This document shows positions 23,110 through 31,166 of a stretch of DNA of 45,439 nt, piece by piece. Below the pieces are notes generated by a model. That model ran no database searches, was not told where the DNA came from, and worked only from the letters and a program-made list of their open reading frames with translations. Source of the DNA: Candidatus Pacearchaeota archaeon CG1_02_32_21 (lineage in GTDB: Archaea; Nanobdellota; Nanobdellia; Pacearchaeales; GW2011-AR1); assembly GCA_001872185.1 (NCBI GenBank), contig MNVX01000021.1, positions 1-45,439 of the forward strand, written 5' to 3'. The stretch's first letter is position 1; each line of letters starts with the position of its first letter. A program made the position numbers and the translations under genes.

Positions 23110-24307
23110 TCATCTTAATACTATCCTTGAAAAAAGTAAGAAACATTTGATATTAGAATTTGGAGAAGCGGAAGCTCAAGAATTTATAAAAGAAGTTAAA
23201 TTAAAAATAAATTCTAAAGAAACTAAGGAGATTATCCAGCAGTTTAATGAAATATATGTAAAAAAAATAAAACAGAAATATCAAAAAGAAACAAGCCCAG
23301 AATATGATAAAAAATTATTTAGCTTCATAAAAAAAGATAATAAGAAAATAAAAATAGTTTGGGGGGATTGTTATGAAAACTTAAAAAAGTTACCTTCTGA
23401 AAGTGTGCATTTAATGGTTACTTCTCCACCTTACTATAATGCAAGAGAATACTCTCAATATGGAGATTTAAATAAATATCTTGATGATATGAAAAAAATA
23501 ATTTCTGAATGTTATAGAGTTTTAGACAATCATCATGTATTTGTTTTTAATGTTGGAGATATATTTGATAATGATAATATTACTACTAAATCAGTTTGGG
23601 GAGATAGAAGATTACCTCTTGGTGCTTACTTCATAAAAATATTTGAAGAAGTGGGTTTTACTTTTGTAGATGATTTTATCTGGGATAAAGGAGAAGTCCA
23701 AAGCGAAAGACATAAAAATGGAAATAATCCTTATCCATTTTATCAATATCCTATGAATTGCTATGAACATATTTTAATATTTCATAAGCATAGATTAGAT
23801 AATACTCATTTTCCTTGTCCTGTTTGTGGAACATTACAAGTAAATAGCAACACCCAATCAGAAATAGGTTTAATGTCTTGGGAATGTAAAAATTTAGAAT
23901 GTTTTGAAAGAAGTGCAAGTGATAGAGGCAAAAGATTTTCATTAAAAACAAATATGACACAAAGCCCATTAATTAGGGAAGGAAACGAAGTTCCACATGA
24001 TTTAATTAAAAAGTGGAGAAGGGATATAATTAAATTTTCTCCTGTAATAAAAATAAATAGTAAGGGAGAAAATAAATTAGGACATACTGCACCATTCCCA
24101 GAGGATATACCTGAAATAGCAGTTTGGTTTTATTCATATAAAGGAGATATAGTTTTAGACCCTTTTGCAGGGAGTTTTACAACTGCAATAGTTTCTAATA
24201 AATTAGGTAGAATAGGGGTAGGTATGGAATTAAGAAAAGATTTATTTGAAAATGCAATAAAGGATAATCTTAATAAAAAAGAACAGGATTTTGAGGAATT
24301 TAATTAA
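23096..24307 (+). CDS. DNA methyltransferase, beta-class N4/N6 family (motif IV SPPY before motif I)
   Basis: LMVTSPPYYNAREY (motif IV) ... VLDPFAGSFTTAIV (motif I, FxGxG-like). A Cys4 ribbon CPVCG...ECKNLEC lies between them. Confidence 0.88.
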   Translation: MEKNNHLNTILEKSKKHLILEFGEAEAQEFIKEVKLKINSKETKEIIQQFNEIYVKKIKQKYQKETSPEYDKKLFSFIKKDNKKIKIVWGDCYENLKKLPSESVHLMVTSPPYYNAREYSQYGDLNKYLDDMKKIISECYRVLDNHHVFVFNVGDIFDNDNITTKSVWGDRRLPLGAYFIKIFEEVGFTFVDDFIWDKGEVQSERHKNGNNPYPFYQYPMNCYEHILIFHKHRLDNTHFPCPVCGTLQVNSNTQSEIGLMSWECKNLECFERSASDRGKRFSLKTNMTQSPLIREGNEVPHDLIKKWRRDIIKFSPVIKINSKGENKLGHTAPFPEDIPEIAVWFYSYKGDIVLDPFAGSFTTAIVSNKLGRIGVGMELRKDLFENAIKDNLNKKEQDFEEFN

Positions 24308-25153
24308 TTATTCTAAGGTTTTAAAGTTATTTTCAAATTTTTTCCATTTTCCATAATCTTTAGAACTGAAATGTTGTCTATCTTGGTCTTTTAAAAAAGA
24401 TGTTCCTTTCATTGAATTACCCATAGTTTTAATAAAATCTTGAACAGACATAACTAAAAAATTAGGTTTATCATTATCATCTATTAAACACCAAATAAAG
24501 AAATGGTCTTTAGATAATATCATATCTCTTGGTTTATGGTCTGTTGCATAGGTATTTTTTGATTTTTCTCCAATATATTCTACTCTTGAAGATTTTACTT
24601 GTATTGACCTAAATTTAGTTTTATATTCTTTAGAACCACAATCACAATAATAATTAATTAACTTTACTTCTCCGCCACACTTATCACAAGTAGGAATAAG
24701 AGTAAAATTATCTACTCCTTTATTGTCACATTTTTTACAATTTGTGCTACTTCCTTCTGTTTTTGTTTTACACTTATTACATATTTTTATAGGTTTAATA
24801 TTTCTCTTTTCAGTTTTAGAAAAGTCTTTATGGCATTTATCACAAATTAAAGAAGGTGTCATAGCCCAATTCTTACCACATTTAGCACAAGCATATTTAT
24901 GTGCAATAATATCAATATATTCGTCATACATAGGACTATACACATTCCAACCATGTTTAGATAATTCAAAAGAAACCAAAAACTCACCATATCTTGAAAA
25001 GTGTTTTACATTCAAATCCGAAGTGGTTTTATATTGTCCTTCTTGAGTTTCTTCTGAATCTTCATTTTCTATATTATCTCCCACTAATCCCTTTTCCATG
25101 AATTTACAACAGAAATCTAATATAAAAACTTTCCTAAGTCCCTCATGCGACAC
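24308..25153 (-). CDS. Putative PD-(D/E)xK restriction endonuclease interrupted by three zinc ribbons
   Basis: GEFLVSFELSKHGWNVYSPMYDEYIDIIAH ... IQVKSS (D...QxK-type nuclease motifs), separated by six CxxC-type pairs. It lies tail-to-tail with the methyltransferase with 0-nt spacing. The track start is GTG 25153; ATG 25099 is an alternative. Confidence 0.6.
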   Translation of the reverse strand: MSHEGLRKVFILDFCCKFMEKGLVGDNIENEDSEETQEGQYKTTSDLNVKHFSRYGEFLVSFELSKHGWNVYSPMYDEYIDIIAHKYACAKCGKNWAMTPSLICDKCHKDFSKTEKRNIKPIKICNKCKTKTEGSSTNCKKCDNKGVDNFTLIPTCDKCGGEVKLINYYCDCGSKEYKTKFRSIQVKSSRVEYIGEKSKNTYATDHKPRDMILSKDHFFIWCLIDDNDKPNFLVMSVQDFIKTMGNSMKGTSFLKDQDRQHFSSKDYGKWKKFENNFKTLE

Positions 25154-25164
25154 TAAGTTTCAAG

Positions 25165-25185
25165 TCCCTAAATTGCGACAAGACC
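25165..25185 (-). repeat. Right terminal inverted repeat (IRR) TCCCTAAATTGCGACAAGACC
   Basis: Its reverse complement GGTCTTGTCGCAATTTAGGGA matches IRL 16/21. A subterminal partial copy at 25141-25157 shares AGTGTCGCA. It is followed by TAAAAACAA. Confidence 0.75.
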
Positions 25186-25198
25186 TAAAAACAATATC

Positions 25199-25206
25199 TT
25201 TATAAA
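25199..25206 (+). promoter_or_regulatory. TATA box of the L3 ribosomal-protein operon
   Basis: TTTATAAA lies 68 nt upstream of ATG 25275. The leader contains the perfect palindrome GGATTAATTAATCC (25219-25232). Confidence 0.55.
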
Positions 25207-25274
25207 CACTCTTTTTTTGGATTAATTAATCCGTAAGAAGCCTAAAATGGTAATACTCCGCAAAAAAGTAGACT

Positions 25275-26228
25275 ATGGCAAAGCTATCAAGACCGAGAAG
25301 AGGAAGTTTGCAGTATTGGCCCCGAAAACGGGCTAAAAAACTGATTCCTAGTGTTAACTGGACAATTATTTCTTCAAAGAATTCTGATAAACAAATTTTA
25401 GGTTTTATAGGTTATAAGGTTGGCATGGCCAGTGCTTATGTTAAAGACAACACAGCTGATTCTATGACTAAAAGTAAAAGAATTAGCATTCCTGTTACGA
25501 TCATTGAATGCCCTAAACTAAAAATACTTTCTACAAGATTTTACAAAAATGGGCAGGTTATTGGTGAAGTTGTAAATAAAAACTTAAACAAAGAGCTTGT
25601 GAGGAAAATAAAGATTCCAAAAAAGATATCTAAAAAAATTGAAGATTACAAAGATTATGATGATATAAGAATTGTTGTTTATACTGACCTTAAGAATTTC
25701 ATCAAAAAAAATCCTGATATACTTGAAGTGAGCCTTGGAGGGAGTTTAGAAAATAAATTATCTTTTGTTAAAGAGCATATTGACAAAACAATAAGCGTTT
25801 CGGAGGCACTTCAACAGGGACAGTTAATTGATGTTAAAGCAGTTACAAAAGGTAAGGGGTTACAGGGACCTGTCAAAAGATTTGGAGCAGGATTAAGACA
25901 GCACAAGGCTGAAAAGGGAGTTAGAAAAATAGGGTCTATTGGACCATGGCATCCTTCAAGGGTTAGTTTTAGAGTTCCAATGGCTGGACAGATGGGATTT
26001 TTTAATAGAATACAATATAATAATAAAATTGTTTTTGTGAGCAATACTTTTGATAATAACATCAATCCTTCTGGAGGATTTAATCATTTTGGTAACATAC
26101 AGGGTGATTATATTCTTGTTACGGGAAGTGTGCAGGGACCTGCAAAAAGACAGCTTGTTATAACCCATCCATTAAGAGCAACAAAAAAACAATCTAAAAA
26201 AAATTACGAGTTTATTGAACTAAGATGA
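25275..26228 (+). CDS. rpl3: Ribosomal protein uL3
   Basis: MAKLSRPRRGSLQYWPRKRA..; 317 aa; first gene of the conserved operon. Confidence 0.95.
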   Translation: MAKLSRPRRGSLQYWPRKRAKKLIPSVNWTIISSKNSDKQILGFIGYKVGMASAYVKDNTADSMTKSKRISIPVTIIECPKLKILSTRFYKNGQVIGEVVNKNLNKELVRKIKIPKKISKKIEDYKDYDDIRIVVYTDLKNFIKKNPDILEVSLGGSLENKLSFVKEHIDKTISVSEALQQGQLIDVKAVTKGKGLQGPVKRFGAGLRQHKAEKGVRKIGSIGPWHPSRVSFRVPMAGQMGFFNRIQYNNKIVFVSNTFDNNINPSGGFNHFGNIQGDYILVTGSVQGPAKRQLVITHPLRATKKQSKKNYEFIELR

Positions 26229-26563
26229 AAATGAAAAGAACATTGCCTCACCAAAATCCATTAGAACATGCGAATGTATATTTGAATAAAGCTGAAGAAT
26301 TATTAATCGGATACTCTAGCAATCATAATATTCCTAGAATCATAAAAAATCAATATAAAATTTTAAGAGAACTTGCAGAAAGTTTTGGTGCAGAAGTTTC
26401 TGGATTACCAGAAAGATTAGATATGTTAGACAGGACTGAAGAGTTTGTAGCTGAATATAGAGAACCTGCTATTGAAATGGTTGAAGAAACTCGTGAGAGA
26501 TTATTTGATCCAAAAATACCAAGTTCATGGGAGGACTTACCGGATAAGTATTCTATAAGATGA
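26225..26563 (+). CDS. Acidic hypothetical protein inserted between L3 and L4
   Basis: 112-aa ORF with ATGA overlaps to both the L3 stop and the L4 start. No r-protein-like basic character and no recognisable motif. Confidence 0.6.
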   Translation: MKMKRTLPHQNPLEHANVYLNKAEELLIGYSSNHNIPRIIKNQYKILRELAESFGAEVSGLPERLDMLDRTEEFVAEYREPAIEMVEETRERLFDPKIPSSWEDLPDKYSIR

Positions 26564-27366
26564 AATCACAAATAATATCAATAGAGGGTAAAAAGATAAA
26601 AGATATAGAACTTCCAAAAGTTTTTTCCAGCAAAATAAGGGAAGATATCTTAAAAAAAACATTTGAGTCTGAACAAATAGCTCATCCATACGGACCTTCA
26701 TTCGTTGCTGGAAGACAACACTCTGCATCTGGAATAATCAGGCACATAAGACATAAATGGAAATCAGGTTATGGAAGAGGAATGTCTAGGATACCTAGAA
26801 AAATACATTGGAGAAGAGGTACACAATTCTACTGGATAGGTGCAGAAGTTTCTGGAACTAGGGGTGGTAGAAGAGCTCATGGGCCAAGACCTGAAGGAAC
26901 AGTGCAAATAAGAAAAATAAACAAGAAAGAAAGAAAACTTGCAATATTTTCGGCTATAGCAGCGACAGCTTCTTCAGACAAAGTAATTGGAAGATATAAC
27001 AGGATTGATGAGATTAAGGAAGTTGCACTACCTGTAATTGTAGAGTCAAAAATATCAGAGTTAAAAACAAAGGAATTAATTAACGCTCTTGACAAAATAC
27101 TTGGCAAGTTAAGTATACAAAAGGAAAAAAATTATCGCTCTGGTAAGGGCAAGTTAAGAAATAGAAAGTACAAGAATTCAAGAGGCCTAATTATTATAAC
27201 TGGAAATGATGAAAAAATCAAGACAGATATGATAGAAAGTGTAAGGGTAAAGGGCCTAATGGTGAGTGATTTATACCCTAGTGGAAGAATAGCTGTTTAT
27301 ACTGAAAAGGCAATTAAAGACTTAGAGAATATAGATAAAGTTAATGCAGGAGTAAAGGAAAAATGA
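26560..27366 (+). CDS. rpl4: Ribosomal protein uL4
   Basis: ..GRQHSASGIIRHIRHKWKSGYGRGMSRIPRK..RRAHGP.. is typical of archaeal L4. Confidence 0.93.
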   Translation: MKSQIISIEGKKIKDIELPKVFSSKIREDILKKTFESEQIAHPYGPSFVAGRQHSASGIIRHIRHKWKSGYGRGMSRIPRKIHWRRGTQFYWIGAEVSGTRGGRRAHGPRPEGTVQIRKINKKERKLAIFSAIAATASSDKVIGRYNRIDEIKEVALPVIVESKISELKTKELINALDKILGKLSIQKEKNYRSGKGKLRNRKYKNSRGLIIITGNDEKIKTDMIESVRVKGLMVSDLYPSGRIAVYTEKAIKDLENIDKVNAGVKEK

Positions 27367-27605
27367 TAAGAAAACCAATAACAACTGAAAAGGCAATAAG
27401 GCTTATAGAAGCAGAGAATACTATTTTGTTTGAAGTGGATACAAGAAAAACAAAAGATGAAATAAAAAAATCTGTTGAAAAAATATTTAATGTTAAAGTT
27501 GAAAGTGTAAACACCTCTAACAGAGGTTCAAAAAAAATAGCATATGTTAAACTCGATAAAAAAAATCATGCAATAGATGTTGCAACTAAGCTTGGGATGA
27601 TATAG
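27363..27605 (+). CDS. rpl23: Ribosomal protein uL23
   Basis: 80 aa; IRKPITTEKAIRLIEAENTILFEVD..; operon position. Confidence 0.93.
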   Translation: MIRKPITTEKAIRLIEAENTILFEVDTRKTKDEIKKSVEKIFNVKVESVNTSNRGSKKIAYVKLDKKNHAIDVATKLGMI

Positions 27606-27606
27606 A

Positions 27607-28323
27607 ATGGGTAAAAGAATAATAAGTCAGGCAAGAGGGCATGGAAGCCTAACATATAGAGTCAGAAGTAAAGCATTTATATATGAAATAAAATACCCTC
27701 TGCAGTCTTTTAGTGGTGAAGGAGAAATTGTTAAGTTTATTCATTCCGGAGGACATTCAGCTCCTTTAGCAAAAATAAAACTGGGAGAGATTATATTCTT
27801 TAATCCTTCTGCAAATGGGATGTATGAAGGACAAAAAATATCTATTGGAAAAGATAATGGTATGGGCAGCATTGTAAAATTAAAAGATATTCCTACTAAA
27901 GCAACAGTTTATAATATTGAAGCAAATCCTGGAGATGGTGGTAAATTTATAAGAAGCGCCGGGTCTTTCGCAACTATTACTAAAAAAAGTAAAAATGACG
28001 TAATTATCCTTATGCCTTCAAAAAGGGAGAAAGTATTTAGTGGAGATTGCAGGGCAAGCATAGGAGTAATTGCTGGAAATGGAAGAAAGGATAAGCCTGT
28101 AATGAAAGCAGGAAGAATGTTTTATATTAAAAAGGCAAAAAACAAGTTATGGCCTAGAACATCTGCAGTTAAAATGAATGTAATTGACCATCCATTCGGA
28201 TCTGGAAGAGGAAAGAATTTAACTCATGGAAACCTTGGAAAAATTCCTAAGAGGAATGCTCCTCCTGGAGCCAGAGTAGGTTCTATAAGAGCAAGAAGAA
28301 CTGGAAAGAGGAAAGCTAATTAA
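27607..28323 (+). CDS. rpl2: Ribosomal protein uL2
   Basis: MGKRIISQARGHGS..; ..VIDHPFGSGRGK.. Confidence 0.95.
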   Translation: MGKRIISQARGHGSLTYRVRSKAFIYEIKYPLQSFSGEGEIVKFIHSGGHSAPLAKIKLGEIIFFNPSANGMYEGQKISIGKDNGMGSIVKLKDIPTKATVYNIEANPGDGGKFIRSAGSFATITKKSKNDVIILMPSKREKVFSGDCRASIGVIAGNGRKDKPVMKAGRMFYIKKAKNKLWPRTSAVKMNVIDHPFGSGRGKNLTHGNLGKIPKRNAPPGARVGSIRARRTGKRKAN

Positions 28324-28324
28324 A

Positions 28325-28738
28325 ATGGCAGAAGAAAATATTGACGTTCAGAGAAAGAGAGAATTTTTGTATAGAGGTAAAACTATTGTAGACCTTCAAA
28401 AAATGGATATAAGAGAATTTTCTAAGCTGCTCCCTTCTAGGGAAAGGAGAACAGTTTTGAGAAATAGTGATAATATTGAAAAATTTCTCACTAAATGCAG
28501 AAAAAGGAATGACAAAAAGAAACCAATAAAAACACACGATAGGGAATTGGTTATTGTTCCTGAAATGGTTGGTTTAAGTATAGGAGTGCATAACGGAAAA
28601 TCATTTGTTAAAATAGACGTTATTCCTGAAATGATAGGCCATAGATTGGGAGAATTTGCCCTAACAAGAGGAATTGTTAAGCATGGAGCTGCAGGTATTG
28701 GAGCAACAAGATCGAGCGCTTCAAGGAGTGTAAAATAA
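28325..28738 (+). CDS. rps19: Ribosomal protein uS19
   Basis: ..VHNGKSFVKIDVIPEMIGHRLGEFALTR.. Confidence 0.95.
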   Translation: MAEENIDVQRKREFLYRGKTIVDLQKMDIREFSKLLPSRERRTVLRNSDNIEKFLTKCRKRNDKKKPIKTHDRELVIVPEMVGLSIGVHNGKSFVKIDVIPEMIGHRLGEFALTRGIVKHGAAGIGATRSSASRSVK

Positions 28739-29329
28739 ATGGCAGATGAACAATTGAACCAAGTTAAAATACAAAAAACAAATATTGTACATGGAAATAA
28801 GCAACCTATAGCTGTAGATGTACATCGTACAAAACATGATAAAAATGAAAAAATCTCTGAAAAAGAAGCTGGTATGGGAGAAACAAATACTGAAGCTAAG
28901 AAAGATGAAAAACGAAAACAAACAAAAGCTCCACAAAGAACAGAGGCAAGTGTTTATGGAAGAAGCTTAAAAATATCTTTAAAGCAGAGTAAAGCAGTTG
29001 GCAAATTCATAAAAAACAAAAAAATTGAAGATGCAATTAAAGACTTAAATCAAGTTTTGCTAAAGAAAAGGGCTGTTCCAATGTCAGGAGAAATAGCCCA
29101 TAGAAGAGGAAACATTATGTCTGGAAAATATCCTATTAATACTTCTAACGAGTTCATAAGGCTATTAAAGACTTTAAGTTCTAACAGTACAATGCATGGA
29201 TTGGATTTGGATAAAACAATAATTTATGAAGTTATACCAAACAAAGCTCCTGATCAGTTGCATAGATTCGGGTCAAGAAAATTCAAGAGAACCCATATCA
29301 CAATAAAAGCAAAGGAGTTAAAGAAATAA
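28739..29329 (+). CDS. rpl22: Ribosomal protein uL22 with a Lys/Glu-rich N-terminal extension
   Basis: The core begins around ASVYGRSLKISLKQSKAVGKFIKNKKIEDAI. About 45-60 extra N-terminal residues are present if ATG 28739 is used. Confidence 0.9.
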   Translation: MADEQLNQVKIQKTNIVHGNKQPIAVDVHRTKHDKNEKISEKEAGMGETNTEAKKDEKRKQTKAPQRTEASVYGRSLKISLKQSKAVGKFIKNKKIEDAIKDLNQVLLKKRAVPMSGEIAHRRGNIMSGKYPINTSNEFIRLLKTLSSNSTMHGLDLDKTIIYEVIPNKAPDQLHRFGSRKFKRTHITIKAKELKK

Positions 29330-29330
29330 T

Positions 29331-29942
29331 ATGGAAGAGAAAAAATTTGTTAAATTTAAGAAAGATGAATTTGAAATAAGGGAATTTGTAAAAAAGTATT
29401 TGGGAAAGGGGAAGGTAAGTAAAGTAAATATAGAATATACTCCTGTCGGGGAAAAGATAGTTATACTTACAAGCAGGCCAGGATTGATTATCGGAAGAGG
29501 TGGAGAAAAAATAACCCACCTTACTGAAGTTCTTAAAAAGAAATTCAAATTTGAAAACCCGCACATTGAAATTAATGAAATACTCAACCCTTATCTAGAC
29601 TCTCAAAGTGTTGCTGATGAAATCGCACTTAGTATTGAGAATAAGGGTTCGTTAAAATTTAAAATTGTTGCATATAGAATGTTAAAGCAAATAGTAGATG
29701 CTGGAGCTAAGGGAGTTGAAATAAAGCTGGCTGGAAAATTGCCAAGTGCAAGAGCTAAAACTTGGAGATTTAAAAAGGGTTTCCTGAAAAAAGTGGGGGA
29801 TAGCTCTAAAGTGGTTGATAGAGCAGAAGCCATTGCAAGTACAAAAACAGGGGCTATAGGAATTAGTGTCAGCATATTACATCCAGATGCAAAAATCCAT
29901 GATCAAATTTCAACAAGGAGAAATGTAAATGAAAAGATTTAA
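29331..29942 (+). CDS. rps3: Ribosomal protein uS3
   Basis: KH domain (..VILTSRPGLIIGRGGEKI..); operon position. Confidence 0.95.
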   Translation: MEEKKFVKFKKDEFEIREFVKKYLGKGKVSKVNIEYTPVGEKIVILTSRPGLIIGRGGEKITHLTEVLKKKFKFENPHIEINEILNPYLDSQSVADEIALSIENKGSLKFKIVAYRMLKQIVDAGAKGVEIKLAGKLPSARAKTWRFKKGFLKKVGDSSKVVDRAEAIASTKTGAIGISVSILHPDAKIHDQISTRRNVNEKI

Positions 29943-30138
29943 AGAACTATCAAAACTTGGGAAAAATGATATTAACAAGAAAAAAATGGAAATTGAAATG
30001 GAAATTATAAAGGCAAGAGTAACTGCAAGCAAGGGCGGAAAAGTTAAAATAAAAGAATTAAAGAAAACTCTTGCAAATTTGAAAACACTCAACAAACAAA
30101 ACAATGGAGATAGATCCAAAAACAGGGTTGCCAGTTGA
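29929..30138 (+). CDS. rpl29: Ribosomal protein uL29
   Basis: 69-aa helical protein, ..IKELKKTLANLKT..; operon position. Confidence 0.9.
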   Translation: MKRFKELSKLGKNDINKKKMEIEMEIIKARVTASKGGKVKIKELKKTLANLKTLNKQNNGDRSKNRVAS

Positions 30139-30403
30139 GGCTATAGCGTGGGAAGACCTCTCACGAGGCGAACAGAGAATCCAAGTAACAACAGCCAAAA
30201 AAAAGTTTGGCAAAAGTGTTACAATAGTGTCGGGATTTGACAGAGGAACTGACCTCAAAAGAATAGCTAAGGAGCTTAAGGAAGAGCTTGGTTGTGGAGG
30301 GACAGTAAGAGACGACTCGATAGAGTTGCAGGGAGATCACACAAGAAAGATCAAACCAATCCTTGCGAGACTTGGGTTTTCAGAAAGCACAATCAGCAAC
30401 TAA
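30104..30403 (+). CDS. Translation initiation factor aIF1 (SUI1)
   Basis: ..RIQVTTAKKKFGKSVTIVSGFD....LKEELGCGGTV....IELQGDH.. is a SUI1 signature. Confidence 0.9.
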   Translation: MEIDPKTGLPVEAIAWEDLSRGEQRIQVTTAKKKFGKSVTIVSGFDRGTDLKRIAKELKEELGCGGTVRDDSIELQGDHTRKIKPILARLGFSESTISN

Positions 30404-30417
30404 AACCCCAAAATAAA

Positions 30418-30768
30418 ATGGAAAAGAAAAATAAGAAGACAGACTTGAAAGTCAGAAATAGAGTAGTTGGAACCCGTGGAAGAAAATTTGAAGGACATGT
30501 GATAAGAAAGTTCGATAAAAGGGTAACAATTCAGCTTGAGAGAGTAAAATACATCAGAAAATATGAAAGATATGCTAAATATCAAACTAAAGTACATGCT
30601 TACTTACCTGAAAACATGAAAGAACAAATCCAGATAGGAGATTATATACAAGTAATGGAAACAAGACCTTTAAGCAAGATTATACATCATCTCGTAGTAA
30701 AGAAAATAAGGGACGCTGATATTAAGGCGCAGGCTATAGAGAAACTTAAGGAGCAAACAAAAAAATGA
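30418..30768 (+). CDS. rps17: Ribosomal protein uS17
   Basis: The start is set at ATG 30418 (MEKKNKK..GTRGRKFEGHVIRKFDKRVTIQ..YIRKYERY..). The upstream part of the track ORF overlaps SUI1. Confidence 0.92.
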   Translation: MEKKNKKTDLKVRNRVVGTRGRKFEGHVIRKFDKRVTIQLERVKYIRKYERYAKYQTKVHAYLPENMKEQIQIGDYIQVMETRPLSKIIHHLVVKKIRDADIKAQAIEKLKEQTKK

Positions 30769-31166
30769 CCTCGGGAAAAATAAATGGTTTATATGTTGAA
30801 TTAGAAAACGTAACAAAAGAGTGTGGCGGTTTAGATAATGAGCCATCAAGAGAAATAGTAAGGCAGATAGAAGAAGAAATTGGGTTAAATACAAGAAGAA
30901 TACATGAGGGTATAGCAAAGGTGCATGGACCTTATAGTGACTTTGAAAAGTTAATGGAAGAATATGAAAGGCGTATGATGGAATGTGATGTTGGTGGGGC
31001 AATTAATGTTATAAACAAGTACAGAAATCAGGTTTTAGAAAATGGAGCATTACATTATTTACCAGTATTTACATCTTTAGACAAACATTCATTTAACACC
31101 TCATTACAATTATCAGGGTATGGAGTTCATGATGCATATAAAATAACTGTGGGGTTTTTCGGATGA
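30765..31166 (+). CDS. Acidic hypothetical protein inserted between S17 and L14
   Basis: 133-aa ORF with ATGA overlaps at both ends. AAGGAG lies 11 nt upstream. No recognisable motif. Confidence 0.6.
   Translation: MTSGKINGLYVELENVTKECGGLDNEPSREIVRQIEEEIGLNTRRIHEGIAKVHGPYSDFEKLMEEYERRMMECDVGGAINVINKYRNQVLENGALHYLPVFTSLDKHSFNTSLQLSGYGVHDAYKITVGFFG

Larger units (their letters stand above)
21476..25185. mobile_element. IS-like unit transposon carrying a restriction-modification-like cargo
   Basis: 21-bp imperfect terminal inverted repeats (16/21 identical) are directly flanked by identical TAAAAACAA at 21467-21475 and 25186-25194. The element contains a DDE transposase plus three cargo genes. 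Confidence 0.75.

Noticed and set aside
28316-31002. Numerous minus-strand track ORFs inside the r-protein operon (e.g. 28316-28537, 28721-28936, 29298-29587, 29603-29875, 29910-30119, 30400-30597, 30670-31002)
   Set aside because: All are antisense to confidently identified ribosomal protein genes. They are Phe/Leu/Ser-rich translations of AT-rich DNA.
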